A stretch of DNA of 64,000 bases from Phycisphaerae bacterium (GCA_016931655.1 JAFGEJ010000200.1:6015-70014), one strand, 5' to 3'. Positions 28,238 through 38,584 are shown, numbered from the stretch's first letter. Notes: generated by a model from the letters alone, not told the origin. Numbers and translations: made by a program.

Positions 28238-28909
28238 TCAGGCGGCGCAGTTTTCCCTCGACCATTGGATCGCGAACTGGCGCAGCCGGGCGGTATTGGC
28301 CAGGTTAAGCTTTTCCTTGATGCGGCCGTAGTACGTCTCCACGGTTCGAACGCTCAGACAGCACTGCTCGGCGATTTCGGGATTCGTCAGGCCCTCTCCC
28401 AGTCGCTCAAAGACCTGAAATTCCCGCTCGCTGAGACGTTCCACCCCCGGCGGGGGGGCGTTGCGGACGGGAACCAGCCGGGACAGCAGCACACTGGTCG
28501 TATCCTCCGAGAGATAAATTTTCCCCTCGGCGCATTGCCGAATCGCCTCGATGAGCTTCGCGGGGGCGTGGATTTTGGCCAGGTATCCGTTCGCACCGGC
28601 GCGAAGGGCCCGCTCGGCGAACACGCGATCTTCGCATATCGAGAGAACCAGCACGCGCGTTTCGCTCAGGCGGGAGCGAATGGTCTCCGTCAGGTCGATG
28701 CCGTTTCCGTCCGGCAGGTGCACGTCCACGACGCACACGTCAGGGCGGGCTTCGCACACCCGCGCCAGTCCCTCCGCGGCGCTCGTCGCGCCGCCGCAAA
28801 ATCGCATGTCCGCCTCCCGCTCGAGAATCCCCCGAATTCCCTCCACGAGCAGGGGATGATCGTCGATCACGAACACGCGCACGGATTTTGATTCTCCGCT
28901 GGACGTCAT
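28238..28909 (-). CDS. NarL/FixJ-family response regulator (receiver + LuxR-type HTH)
   Basis: Start at MTSSGESKSVRVFVIDDHPLL. LuxR HTH LSEREFQVFERLGEGLTNPEIAEQCCLSVRTVETY. Confidence 0.8.
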   Translation of the reverse strand: MTSSGESKSVRVFVIDDHPLLVEGIRGILEREADMRFCGGATSAAEGLARVCEARPDVCVVDVHLPDGNGIDLTETIRSRLSETRVLVLSICEDRVFAERALRAGANGYLAKIHAPAKLIEAIRQCAEGKIYLSEDTTSVLLSRLVPVRNAPPPGVERLSEREFQVFERLGEGLTNPEIAEQCCLSVRTVETYYGRIKEKLNLANTARLRQFAIQWSRENCAA

Positions 28910-28939
28910 GATGCAACCTCCCACAGTCAGTCTGCCCCC

Positions 28940-29650
28940 TCAAAACGGCACGACACAGCGTACTGCGGTTCCGCGTCCAGGCAGGCTTCGAATCTCCAGT
29001 TGCGCGCCGAGAGCCTCGGCCCGGGCGGACATACCCCCCAGCCCCAGGCCTCCCTCGCCGCGCGCCTCGACGGACATTCCCTTGCCGTCGTCCCGAACCA
29101 CCAAACAAATGGATTGTTCCTCAGTTTTGAGAATCACGCAAAGACGGCTCGCCTCGGCGTGTCGAATGACGTTATGCACCGCTTCCTGTACGATCCGATA
29201 CAAATGCTCCGCCGTCGCGTCACTCGGCAGGGACGTCTCGGAAAGCATCACAATGGTATGCAGCCCCGTCGCCCGACGGACGTTCTCCAGCAGGTCGCGA
29301 ACGGCGCGAGTGAACGTCCGGGCGGTGACCGTCGCGCACTTCGCGCGGCGGGAAAGGCTTTGCACCTCCCGGCTGATGTTCAGCAGGTGCTCCTGAATGC
29401 GATGAATCTCGTCGGTCTGGGATGGGTTCTTGCCGGCCTGGTTCCGAGCCACTCGCCCCAACAACAGCGAAACGGCGGTCAACTGCTGGCCTACGCTGTC
29501 ATGCAATTCCCGGGCAATGTCGAAATCCGTCAGCCACAACGAACCGCCGGGAAACACCGAACCCCGGCGAAACGAATGAACGCGAAGAGAAATATTCTCC
29601 GACAACGCGACATCACCCGTCCCCGTCATTTTCCTGGCATACTGTGCCAT
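28940..29650 (-). CDS. Soluble sensor histidine kinase (HisKA_3 + HATPase only), partner of the preceding response regulator
   Basis: ARELHDSVGQQLT is an H-box of the NarX/DegS type. The ATPase domain carries ...HNVIRHA... and ...DDGKGM... motifs. No TM or sensor domain. 236 aa. Confidence 0.75.
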   Translation of the reverse strand: MAQYARKMTGTGDVALSENISLRVHSFRRGSVFPGGSLWLTDFDIARELHDSVGQQLTAVSLLLGRVARNQAGKNPSQTDEIHRIQEHLLNISREVQSLSRRAKCATVTARTFTRAVRDLLENVRRATGLHTIVMLSETSLPSDATAEHLYRIVQEAVHNVIRHAEASRLCVILKTEEQSICLVVRDDGKGMSVEARGEGGLGLGGMSARAEALGAQLEIRSLPGRGTAVRCVVPF

Positions 29651-30132
29651 GACTTTCCCCTCGATAGAGTTTTGACCCCAATGGATTCAAACCTCTACGC
29701 TCGTTTGGATGTCCTGGCGAGGCCTTTGAACAAAATCCGTTTGGCGAATCTGTCTTCCGAACGGCAACGTTTCCCAACCAATGCGGCTGGGCGGATCAGG
29801 AAGACGCAACAGCGGTTTCCGGTTTTGATTCGCCGCCGCACCAGCTATCCGCCGGCTCGGCTGTTTGAATTCGTTGGTCCGTTCCTTTCAAAACCCTCAG
29901 GCTCTGAAACCCCGCGGAAAACGGACAACAACGGTTCCGAAACGGAGTCTTGTCAAAAGATTCTCGCTTCCCGGATATCCCCAAACCCCGTGGGACGCCT
30001 TGTGAGTACAGCCCAGACATCACAACTTTCTATCGGAATCCCCTACGCCAAACTTTGTATGAAATTTTTCTGTTTTTAAGATTTTTCAGATTATTTGAAT
30101 CTGGGTGAATTTATCAAGAGGCTCGTCATATC

Positions 30133-33100
30133 TCAGGCGTCCTGGCCGCGCAGAGCGCGGGTCACGGAACGGCAGAGATCTTCAGGAGAAAAGGGTTTCT
30201 GGAGGAAGTTCACCTTGGCGAAGTGGATTTCGCGGCGGAGGGTTTTTTCGTCGGTGAATCCGGAGATGAACAGAACGCGCAGGTGCTTGTATTGTTGTTG
30301 AAGCATTTTCGCCAGCGTCGGCCCGCTGGTTCCGGGCATCACGACGTCGGAGACCAGCAGATCGATGGTTCGGCCGGCCTGTTCGACAAGGCAGGGCGCA
30401 TCTTCGGGCACACCGGTTTCGAGCACCGTGTAGCCGTGTTCCCGCAGAACGCGAACCACCAGTTGTCGGACGGTGGCGTCGTCTTCGACGACGAGAATGG
30501 TTTCGTCGCCTCTTTCGGCGGGTGTGGTTTCGCCCAGGGGCGTTTCGACGTCCAGGGGCGCCGAGACCCGCGGCAAGTACATGCGGAACGACGTTCCGCG
30601 GCCGGGGTAACTTTCCACGTGGATGTGTCCGTCGCTCTGCTGCACGAAGCCGTACACCATCGAGAGTCCCAGGCCGGTGCCTTTGCCTTTCTTTTTCGTG
30701 GAAAAGAACGGCTCAAAGATCTGTTCGGTGGTTTCGGCGTCCATACCCAGGCCGGTGTCTTTCACTTCGATCATCACCATCGGCTGGGTCAGCCCCAGGG
30801 CCCGCAAGTCCGGGACGTCCTCGGCGTTTTCGATGTTGGCCGTGCGAATCACCAGGTCGCCACCGTTGGGCATGGCGTCGCGGGCGTTGATGGCAAGGTT
30901 CATCACCGCCTGTTCGAGGCGGTTGGGGTCCACGCGGATATGCCCCGCGTCTTTCTGCAGCTCCAGTTGCAGGCGAATGTCTTCTCCCACCAGGCCCAGC
31001 GACTTGCGGATGTCTTCGAGGATTCGGTTGGGATTGACGACCTGGGGCTTGAGGATCTGTTTACGGCTGAAGGACAGCAGTTCGCTGGTGAGCGTGGAGG
31101 CCTGGCGCGTGGCGTGGTCCACCTGCTCGATGCATTCCCGCACGGGGCTGGCTGCGTCCAGGTCGCGCAGCAGCAGGTCGCAGTATCCGCGAACGACGGT
31201 CAGTTGGTTGTTGAAGTCGTGCGCGATGCCGCCGGCCAGTCGGCCGATGGCTTCCATTTTGGCGGCCTGGCGCAACTGGGCCTCCAGGTGCGCCTCCTTG
31301 GAAACGTCCCGCAGGATGTGCACGAAATGGGTGATGTCTCCGCCCTCCTCGTTTCGGACGGGGGAAAGGTTTACCTCCACCTCCAGCGCCTCCCCGCCTT
31401 TGCGGCGGACCGCCATGCGCTTCAGCCAGGCGCGGCCGTCGAGCATGGCCTGGTACATGTTTCGGAGGGAATCCGGCTCGTTCGGATCGTTGTAAAACAG
31501 GCTCATGTTATGATCGAGCACGTCTTCGGTTTCGTATCCGAGCATTTTCGCGACGCCCTGGTTGACGTATTCGACGGTTCCGTCGCTGCCGGTGATGACG
31601 ACGGCTTCGGAGGCCTGTTCGATCGCCGAAGCAAGGCGCACCCGCTCCCGCTCGGTGTTCACGCCGGTGATCAGGTTCGCCAGGGTGGCGGCCAGGAGCG
31701 TCAACACCCGCTGCTGCACGGGGGAGATTTCCTTTCCGGATATGAGGGAATCGGCGGAGAGGTATCCGATGACTTCATGTCCGTTCCAGAGCGTCGCCAC
31801 GGCGTTGGGGCCTTCGCCGACCCGTTTTGCCCTGTGGTCAAACAGGTTGTGAACTCGATAGTACGTCTTGGGCGACGATTCCTGCAGCGCCTGACGAACC
31901 AGCGCATCGCCCGCAATGGACAACTGATTTCCCCGCTCATCGCGAAGAATGCCGTTTTCATCCACGCCGTAGGACCCGTACACGATGTTCGGATCGTCGC
32001 TCTTGAACCAGATTCCCAGGCGTTCGAATCCCAGGCGCTCGTGGGCCAGTTCCACTGCCCGTCGGCAGAGTCCTTCCCAGTCGCGCTGGGTTGTCAAATC
32101 CACGATGACCTCGTGCAGGGTGGTGAGTTTTTCGCGCGACAGTCTTTCGGTTTCCTCGGATTTCCGTAGGGACTCCTCGGCCTGTTTGCGGGCGGTGATG
32201 TCCTGGAAGTTCACGATAATGACGTTTCGATCTCCCAGGGAAATTTTCCGAAAACTTCGGAGCACCGGAACGTCACGCCCGTCTTTGGTGCGAATTTGTC
32301 CCTCTACGTTCACAAATTGTTCTTCGTCGGATTCCTGCAGAAGGTGGAGTTCCGGAGATTCCACGCTGAACAACTGGCACGGCCGGCCGAGCAGTTCGTC
32401 CCGCGCGTATCCCGTCAACTGGCAGAGGACTTCGTTAACGTCTTCGACGCACCCCTTTTCGTTAACGATGTAGCTGTAACCGGGCAATCCTTCATACAAC
32501 ATGTGCCAATGGGCCTCGCGCTGCCGGAGCAATTTCTCGCGTCGACGGCGGCGTAGCATGCTGGCCAGCAAAAGCAGGATCAGGAGCGTCAGCCCACACA
32601 AGGTTGCCCCGGCAGCCAGCAGAACGTTCCGATGGCGCTGATAAAACGACGGATGCGGAAACAGAATTTCCGCGCCGGCCGGCAGACGGGAGACGTCCAC
32701 GCCGAAGCGGCGCAGGGCCCGGCCGTCAAAGACGTAGCGGTTGGGGCTTTGGATGTGGACGGGGATCGCGTCAGCGGATTCGCCGTTCAGGATGCGCCGG
32801 GCGAGTTTGCCTGCTTCCTCGCCCTGCCGTCGGCCACTGACGACCTTCCCGCCCAGAACGCCCGTGTTCATCGTGTATTCCCAGCACGTAAAAATCGGCG
32901 CCCGGGATCGTTCCGCCAGGCGGGTAATCCCGGCGATTTCGTCCACGGAGTACCCGTGTTTATCGCGGTTCAGCGCCAGGCGCAACACAAGGGCGTCGGA
33001 AGGCAACTGCTCCACTTCTCGCAGAAGCTCTTCCATATCCCAGTCTTCCCGGATCGTGCAGGGAATCTGCAGCGGCGCCTGCTGGGCGGCCTGGAGAAAC

Positions 33101-33729
33101 AACTGCTTGTTCACCTGTCCCGTCGTGGTTTTGTCGGTGATGACGAACAGGCTCCGGGCCCTGGGAAACAACGCCTGGGCCGTCTGGAGCGTCTCGCCGA
33201 CCTCGATCGTCTCGACGACACCGGTATACCCCGTTTTCCCCTCGAGCATGTCGGGCGTGTAATTGTTGATGCCGCAAAATACCACCGGAACGTTCGGAAA
33301 CAGCCTCTCCCGATACCGGAAAAGAAAATCCAGGGCATTGTTGTCCGAAGCAATAATGACGGCAAAGGAGGTGTTTTTGTACTTTTTCTCGTAGAAGTCC
33401 GCCAGTTCCGCGAAATACTCCGGGCTGGAGAGAAACTTCGTGTCCATGTGTTCCGTGTAAATGTCCACGTTTTTATCTTTGCCCAGAATGTCCAGGATGC
33501 CTTTATGCAGGCTGGAAGACCAGGGCGAATCGTGATGGTACGAATCCAGGTGCAGGACGCGCAGCGCCTCCGCCGCCGGGCGCGACTGCGCCAGGATGGG
33601 CCCGGAGATCATCGCAAGGGCAAAAAACACGAGTCCCCACCGGAAGACGGCGCCGCCTCGCGGAACCATCGCGAATTCCCTCCGTCCCAACATGCCGTTT
33701 CCTGTAGCCATGAGTTCAAATCCGCCCAC
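30133..33729 (-). CDS. Large hybrid sensor histidine kinase: periplasmic ABC-substrate-binding-like domain, TM, PAS/GAF modules, HisKA, HATPase, C-terminal receiver
   Basis: About 1190 aa. N-terminal signal/TM FRWGLVFFALAMISGPILAQS, then a solute-binding-like domain and the TM LLAAGATLCGLTLLILLLLASML. H-box IAHDFNNQL. ATPase GLGLSMVYGFV. Receiver TILVVEDDATVRQL. The start could be ATG 33669. Confidence 0.8.
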   Translation of the reverse strand: MGGFELMATGNGMLGRREFAMVPRGGAVFRWGLVFFALAMISGPILAQSRPAAEALRVLHLDSYHHDSPWSSSLHKGILDILGKDKNVDIYTEHMDTKFLSSPEYFAELADFYEKKYKNTSFAVIIASDNNALDFLFRYRERLFPNVPVVFCGINNYTPDMLEGKTGYTGVVETIEVGETLQTAQALFPRARSLFVITDKTTTGQVNKQLFLQAAQQAPLQIPCTIREDWDMEELLREVEQLPSDALVLRLALNRDKHGYSVDEIAGITRLAERSRAPIFTCWEYTMNTGVLGGKVVSGRRQGEEAGKLARRILNGESADAIPVHIQSPNRYVFDGRALRRFGVDVSRLPAGAEILFPHPSFYQRHRNVLLAAGATLCGLTLLILLLLASMLRRRRREKLLRQREAHWHMLYEGLPGYSYIVNEKGCVEDVNEVLCQLTGYARDELLGRPCQLFSVESPELHLLQESDEEQFVNVEGQIRTKDGRDVPVLRSFRKISLGDRNVIIVNFQDITARKQAEESLRKSEETERLSREKLTTLHEVIVDLTTQRDWEGLCRRAVELAHERLGFERLGIWFKSDDPNIVYGSYGVDENGILRDERGNQLSIAGDALVRQALQESSPKTYYRVHNLFDHRAKRVGEGPNAVATLWNGHEVIGYLSADSLISGKEISPVQQRVLTLLAATLANLITGVNTERERVRLASAIEQASEAVVITGSDGTVEYVNQGVAKMLGYETEDVLDHNMSLFYNDPNEPDSLRNMYQAMLDGRAWLKRMAVRRKGGEALEVEVNLSPVRNEEGGDITHFVHILRDVSKEAHLEAQLRQAAKMEAIGRLAGGIAHDFNNQLTVVRGYCDLLLRDLDAASPVRECIEQVDHATRQASTLTSELLSFSRKQILKPQVVNPNRILEDIRKSLGLVGEDIRLQLELQKDAGHIRVDPNRLEQAVMNLAINARDAMPNGGDLVIRTANIENAEDVPDLRALGLTQPMVMIEVKDTGLGMDAETTEQIFEPFFSTKKKGKGTGLGLSMVYGFVQQSDGHIHVESYPGRGTSFRMYLPRVSAPLDVETPLGETTPAERGDETILVVEDDATVRQLVVRVLREHGYTVLETGVPEDAPCLVEQAGRTIDLLVSDVVMPGTSGPTLAKMLQQQYKHLRVLFISGFTDEKTLRREIHFAKVNFLQKPFSPEDLCRSVTRALRGQDA

Positions 33730-33825
33730 AGAATACGTTACATTATGAATTTGGCATACTGTACTATTATTACACTACATTACTTCGCTTTTTATTATCC
33801 GAGTATTCCGAGTAATTTGTGTAGT

Positions 33826-34656
33826 TTAATTGTTTTTTTCTCGGACAATTTGAAAAATTGCCAGGCATTGGCGAAGAACGCCTTCCATGTCCTCCAGTGC
33901 GATTTGGCTGGCCGCGTCGGACAGCGCCTTTTCCGGCGTGGGGTGGGTTTCGATGAACAGGCCGTCCGCCCCGGCCGCCATGGCGGCCCGCGCGAGCAGG
34001 GGTGCGTATTCCCGCTGGCCTCCCGAAGCCGACCCCAGGCCGCCGGGTTGCTGGACCGAGTGGGTCGCGTCAAAGACCACCGGGGCATATTCCTGCATCT
34101 GCGGAATCGACCGCATGTCCGTCACCAGGCGGTTGTATCCGAAAAACGTGCCCCGTTCGGTCAGCAGTACGCCGTGGTTGATATAGGCGTTGACTTTCGC
34201 CACGGCGTTTTTCATATCCCACGGGGCCATGAACTGGCCTTTTTTGATGTTGACGGCCTTGCCGGTCTTGCCCGCGGCGATGAGCAGATCGGTCTGGCGG
34301 CACAGAAAGGCGGGGATTTGCAGGCAGTCGACGACCTCGGCTACCGGCTCGGCTTGGGACGGCTCGTGGATGTCCGTCAGGACGGGCACGTGCACCTCGC
34401 GGGCGACCCTCGCCAGCCAATCCAGTCCTTCCTTCATGCCCGGCCCGCGATAGCTCTCGGCGCTGGAACGGTTGGCTTTGTCGAAGCTGGCCTTGAATAC
34501 GTATCCCACGTCCAGCCGGTCGCAGAGTGTCTTCATGTGCCTGGCCACGGCGAGGCACAGGTCGAGACTCTCGGCCATGCAGGGCCCGGCGATCAGGGCC
34601 AGTCGCCCCTCGCCGAACGTCACGTCGCCGACGGCGCACAGATCGGGTTTCGTCAT
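33826..34656 (-). CDS. kdsA: 3-deoxy-8-phosphooctulonate (KDO-8-P) synthase
   Basis: ATG at 34656 preceded by [16 protein letters not shown]...[12 protein letters not shown]... 276 aa. The N-terminal extension of track ORF 33826..34917 was rejected. Confidence 0.88.
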   Translation of the reverse strand: MTKPDLCAVGDVTFGEGRLALIAGPCMAESLDLCLAVARHMKTLCDRLDVGYVFKASFDKANRSSAESYRGPGMKEGLDWLARVAREVHVPVLTDIHEPSQAEPVAEVVDCLQIPAFLCRQTDLLIAAGKTGKAVNIKKGQFMAPWDMKNAVAKVNAYINHGVLLTERGTFFGYNRLVTDMRSIPQMQEYAPVVFDATHSVQQPGGLGSASGGQREYAPLLARAAMAAGADGLFIETHPTPEKALSDAASQIALEDMEGVLRQCLAIFQIVREKNN

Positions 34657-35591
34657 ACGGGGGCTCCTTTCCAGGGCCAAAACGGCCCGGGCCAGCCGGG
34701 AGGACTGCCCGGTACGATCAACTTGATTTTGCGGGGCGAGATCGAGATGTCCAGCGGTGTGGTGGGGCCCAGGTCGCCGTCGAGCTGGCAGTGGACGGGT
34801 TTGTCGGACTCCACGCGAATCCGCCGGGCCTGCCGGTAGATCACGTTGCCCTTGAGCGGATGGAGGCGCAGGAGCGTCCAGGCGGCGTGCAGCAGCAGGC
34901 GGGCCTGCTGGTCGCACTCAAAGACGACCAGGTCCAGCAGGCCGTCGTCGAAGCGGGCGTCGCGGCAGATGCGCAGGCCGGAGGAATAGCGGGAGATGTT
35001 ACCCACGAACACCAGACCCTGCCCCTGGAAGATCGTTTCGCCGTCGGCCTGCACGAGCAATCGTGGAAAATTGTGTTCCCAGAACGTCCGCCAGATCGGC
35101 CAAAAGTAGCTCAGGTGGGAGATGTGCCCCGTTCGGGTCCGGCTGACGCGACGGACGACTTCGGCGTCGAATCCCACGCCGAGGATCGAGTGGAAGCTCA
35201 GGCCGTTAATCATGCCGATGTCACAGGCCATGATCTCGCCCGATTTGAGCAGCCCGACCAGATCGGCTGGTCGTTTGGGGATGGACAGTTCCTTGGCCAG
35301 CAGGTTTTCCGTGCCTGCCCGGACGGCCAGCAGCGGAACGTTCGTGTCGGCCAGCCCGTTGGCGACCTCGTTGACCGTGCCGTCCCCGCCCCAGGCGATC
35401 ACCGCCGAGGCCTGCGGCGCAATGGACTTCGCGTACCGGGTGGCGTCGGCGACGGCCTGGGTGACGTATTCCACGACCTCCCAGCCCGCCTGGCGGATTT
35501 CCCGGCGCAGCTCGCCCAGCAGGCGCTTCTGCCCGCCGTATCCGCTCCGCGGGTTGATCACGACGTGAACGGGTTTTCCGGTTTCAATCAT
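34653..35591 (-). CDS. Diacylglycerol-kinase-catalytic-domain lipid kinase (YegS/BmrU-like)
   Basis: [11 protein letters not shown]...[11 protein letters not shown] is a DAGK_cat signature. Its stop overlaps the kdsA start (ATGA). ATG 35591 chosen; GTG 35612 would extend into a hairpin element. Confidence 0.7.
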   Translation of the reverse strand: MIETGKPVHVVINPRSGYGGQKRLLGELRREIRQAGWEVVEYVTQAVADATRYAKSIAPQASAVIAWGGDGTVNEVANGLADTNVPLLAVRAGTENLLAKELSIPKRPADLVGLLKSGEIMACDIGMINGLSFHSILGVGFDAEVVRRVSRTRTGHISHLSYFWPIWRTFWEHNFPRLLVQADGETIFQGQGLVFVGNISRYSSGLRICRDARFDDGLLDLVVFECDQQARLLLHAAWTLLRLHPLKGNVIYRQARRIRVESDKPVHCQLDGDLGPTTPLDISISPRKIKLIVPGSPPGWPGPFWPWKGAPV

Positions 35592-35606
35592 ATTGGTAAT
35601 AAGGCT

Positions 35607-35691
35607 CGACACAGAGTTCCTGAGAAACAGAGAAAAGAAGAGAAACGTTCTTTTCTAAAGGTATTCTCTGTTCCTCTGGAACTCTGTGTCG
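35607..35691. repeat. Long hairpin of the CACAGAG family in a divergent promoter region
   Basis: CGACACAGAGTTCCTGAGAAACAGAGAA, loop, TTCTCTGTTCCTCTGGAACTCTGTGTCG. Confidence 0.75.
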
Positions 35692-35883
35692 GATTTGTTG
35701 TTTTTCTTCCTGCCTGGAATCCGTTTTTCGTTCAGCCCGTCCAGACGCTCAATTGGGATTGCAGCGGCGGGCAGAGTGACTATAATACCGAATTCCGCGG
35801 TGAAGGCAATCCGCCTTCCGTTTCCCCGTCGGACGGCCACGACGCGAAAAAGAAACCATTAGCATAACGAGGAGATACGAGAC

Positions 35884-37215
35884 ATGGAACCGGCAATTTC
35901 CGACGCCCTGGACGCGATCCTCTCCCGGGACGCCTGGACGATCAACGATTATCAGGACCTCATGACGGCTCTCTCGACCGCCCCCGGCGCTTCCAACCGC
36001 TGCCGGCAGATTCTGGCGGACCTGGAGGCGAAAAACCCCTCGCCCCGGGGCGCCAAGGCGCTGATGATCGGCATCCTGCGATACATGCTCTGCCGCTTCG
36101 AGGAAGCGATCTCGGTTCTGGCCGACGCGACGGACAACCGGGATCGTCACTTCTTCGCCGGCCAGTGTTATCGCGCCTGCCGCCGGTTCGACCAGGCCGT
36201 CGAGGAATTCGAGCGGGCCAAGGCCCGCGGCTGGGAGGGGCCGGACGGCGACGTGCTGATCGTCGAAGCCCTGGCGATGGGCGGGAAACCCGACCAGGCC
36301 GCTAAAACCCTCAAGGGAATCGCCAGACAGGTCGACGGTACGGCAACGGGATTGTACCTCCAGGGTCTGCTGACGGAACTGGACGGCCGCGGCGAAGAGG
36401 CGGCGGAACTCTACGAACAGGCTCGCGATCTGAACCCGGCACACGGGGAAGCCACGTTTCGCCTGGCCTACTACCTCGACCTGCACGGCCAGGAGGAAGA
36501 GGCGGTCGAACTGTACCGCCAGTGCCTTTCTCATCCCCCCATCCACGCCAGCGCGCTGCTGAACCTGGCCGTCCTGCACGAGGATATGGGACAGTATGAC
36601 AAGGCCATCTCGTGTCTGAAGCGCCTGTTGGCGGTCAATCCGAATCATCCCCGCGCCCGGCTGTTTCTGCGCGACGCCCAGGCGTCACGCCACATGTACT
36701 ACGACGAAGACCAGGCCCGGCGCATCGCCAAGCGCAACGCCGTGCTGGATATCCCCGTAACGGACTTCGAGTTGTCCGTCCGGGCCCGAAACTGCCTCAA
36801 GAAAATGAACATTATGACCCTCGGAGACCTGGTACGCACCACGGAAACCGAACTGCTGGGATACAAAAACTTCGGGGAAACCTCGTTGAAGGAAATCAAG
36901 GACATGCTGGCCGCCAAGGGTCTGCGCCTGGGACAGGACAGTGAAGGCGCCGGCGGGGAATTGGGCGAACTGCTCGAGGAGATCGAGTCGGACGAGCCGG
37001 GCGCCGACCATGGCGCGGCGGCTTTGACCATCGAACAGGTGGAGTTTTCCGTTCGCGCCCGGCGCGTCCTGGAACAACTCAACGTCCGAACCCTCGGCGA
37101 CCTGGCCGCCAAGACCGAAGCCGAACTGCTCAGCCAGAAAAACTTCGGACAAACCAGCCTCGCCGAAATGCGCCAGCGCCTCTCGGAAAACGGATTGCAT
37201 TTCCGGGAAATGTAA
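35884..37215 (+). CDS. TPR-repeat protein with two C-terminal RNA-polymerase alpha-subunit CTD-like domains
   Basis: N-terminal about 280 aa of TPR. Two repeats follow: FELSVRARNCLKKMNIMTLGDLVRTTETELLGYKNFGETSLKEIKDMLAAKGLRLG and VEFSVRARRVLEQLNVRTLGDLAAKTEAELLSQKNFGQTSLAEMRQRLSENGLHF. Both closely match the RpoA alpha-CTD consensus (LTVRSANCLK...IGDLVQRTE.ELL...NLGKKSLTEIKDVL). Confidence 0.8.
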   Translation: MEPAISDALDAILSRDAWTINDYQDLMTALSTAPGASNRCRQILADLEAKNPSPRGAKALMIGILRYMLCRFEEAISVLADATDNRDRHFFAGQCYRACRRFDQAVEEFERAKARGWEGPDGDVLIVEALAMGGKPDQAAKTLKGIARQVDGTATGLYLQGLLTELDGRGEEAAELYEQARDLNPAHGEATFRLAYYLDLHGQEEEAVELYRQCLSHPPIHASALLNLAVLHEDMGQYDKAISCLKRLLAVNPNHPRARLFLRDAQASRHMYYDEDQARRIAKRNAVLDIPVTDFELSVRARNCLKKMNIMTLGDLVRTTETELLGYKNFGETSLKEIKDMLAAKGLRLGQDSEGAGGELGELLEEIESDEPGADHGAAALTIEQVEFSVRARRVLEQLNVRTLGDLAAKTEAELLSQKNFGQTSLAEMRQRLSENGLHFREM

Positions 37216-37254
37216 TGGCTGCACGCTGAACAATTCCATGCCTTTCGCTATCGG

Positions 37255-37920
37255 ATGGACACGAAAATGATTCGCGCCCTACTTTTCGACAGCGACGGAG
37301 TGTTGGTGGACACGGAGCCATTGTTCTTTGACGCGACCCGAATCGCTTTTGCCTCCGCCGGCGCAAACCTTTCCCGCGAACAGTGGGCGCGATGGTATCT
37401 GGCGGAGGCAAAGCACTCCGGAGAAATCGCGGACCAGCTCGGCCTGGGCGAATCCCGCCGACAAACCGCACTGGCGGAAAGAGACAGGCTCTTTTGGACG
37501 CGAATGGACGAGGGCGTTCCAATCTTTCCCGGCGTCGTGGAAACCCTTCAGACCCTTGCCCGCCGGTTTCGCCTGGCTGTTGTGACCGGCGCGCCCCGAA
37601 AACGCTTCGAGCGGATTCACGCGTCCACGAATCTTTGCCCGTTCTTTGAAACCATTGTCGCGTGTGACGAACACGAATACGCCAAGCCGCATCCGTGGGG
37701 CTATCGGACCGTCCTGGAACGGCTGGGTCTGAAACCCGAGGAATGCCTGGCCGTGGAAGACTCCCCCCGCGGCGCGGTCGCCGCCGTTTCGGCGGGAATC
37801 GCCTGCTGCGTGATTCCGACCCCCTTGACCCTTCGGACGCTCTGCCCCCCCGAATGTGCGATCCTGAACGATTTCACACAACTGATTCCCTTCCTGGACG
37901 AGGAGAACCGAAATCCATGA
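37255..37920 (+). CDS. HAD-superfamily hydrolase, subfamily IA (phosphatase / beta-PGM-like)
   Basis: IRALLFDSDGVLVDTE is HAD motif I. ...AVVTGAPR... and ...AVEDSPRG... are motifs II to IV. Confidence 0.75.
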   Translation: MDTKMIRALLFDSDGVLVDTEPLFFDATRIAFASAGANLSREQWARWYLAEAKHSGEIADQLGLGESRRQTALAERDRLFWTRMDEGVPIFPGVVETLQTLARRFRLAVVTGAPRKRFERIHASTNLCPFFETIVACDEHEYAKPHPWGYRTVLERLGLKPEECLAVEDSPRGAVAAVSAGIACCVIPTPLTLRTLCPPECAILNDFTQLIPFLDEENRNP

Positions 37921-38549
37921 GAACCTTGCCCCAATTGTTTGAAAACAATCGTCAATGGGCCGAAACCATCACGAAAAACCAGCCGGACTTTTTCCCGACG
38001 CTCTCACGACAGCAGTCGCCGAACCTGCTCTGGATCGGCTGCTCGGACAGTCGCGTCCCGGCCAATGAAATCGTGGGACTTCTGCCCGGAGAACTGTTCG
38101 TGCATCGCAACGTCGCCAATCTCGTCGTTCCTTCCGATATGAATGGTCTTTCGGTGATCCAGTATGCCGTGGACGTGCTGAAGGTGCGGCACATCATCGT
38201 GTGCGGCCATTACGGCTGCGGCGGCGTCAGGGCGGCGATGGAAGCCCCGCGGCACGGACTGATCGACAATTGGCTGGGGCATATACGCGCCCTGTATCAT
38301 CGGCAACGGGAGGAATTGGCGTGTATCGCGGAGGAAAAAGCGAGGGTGGATCGTCTCTGCGAGATCAACGTCATGGAGCAGGTGAAAAACACCGGCAACA
38401 CGACCATCGTGCAGGACGCCTGGCAAAGAAGACAGCCTCTGGTGATTCACGGATGGATGTACAGCATCTCGAACGGTCTTCTGAAGGATCTCGGTCTGTC
38501 CATCGCTTCGTCCGAAGAACTGGAAGAATCCCGGGATCGCGGAAAATAA
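37917..38549 (+). CDS. can: Beta-class carbonic anhydrase
   Basis: ATG 37917 overlaps the HAD stop (ATGA). CSDSRV ... HYGCGG are the beta-CA zinc-ligand motifs. 210 aa. Confidence 0.85.
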   Translation: MRTLPQLFENNRQWAETITKNQPDFFPTLSRQQSPNLLWIGCSDSRVPANEIVGLLPGELFVHRNVANLVVPSDMNGLSVIQYAVDVLKVRHIIVCGHYGCGGVRAAMEAPRHGLIDNWLGHIRALYHRQREELACIAEEKARVDRLCEINVMEQVKNTGNTTIVQDAWQRRQPLVIHGWMYSISNGLLKDLGLSIASSEELEESRDRGK

Positions 38550-38584
38550 CAGCCGGCGGAAATTCCATGAATCGCAAGGCCGGG

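Noticed and set aside
30223-34839. 648-aa and 735-aa plus-strand ORFs across the hybrid histidine kinase and kdsA
   Set aside because: Antisense to the kinase and kdsA. They are long because stop codons are rare in GC-rich antisense frames.
34527-35867. 446-aa plus-strand ORF
   Set aside because: Antisense to kdsA and the DAGK-like gene, with no motifs.
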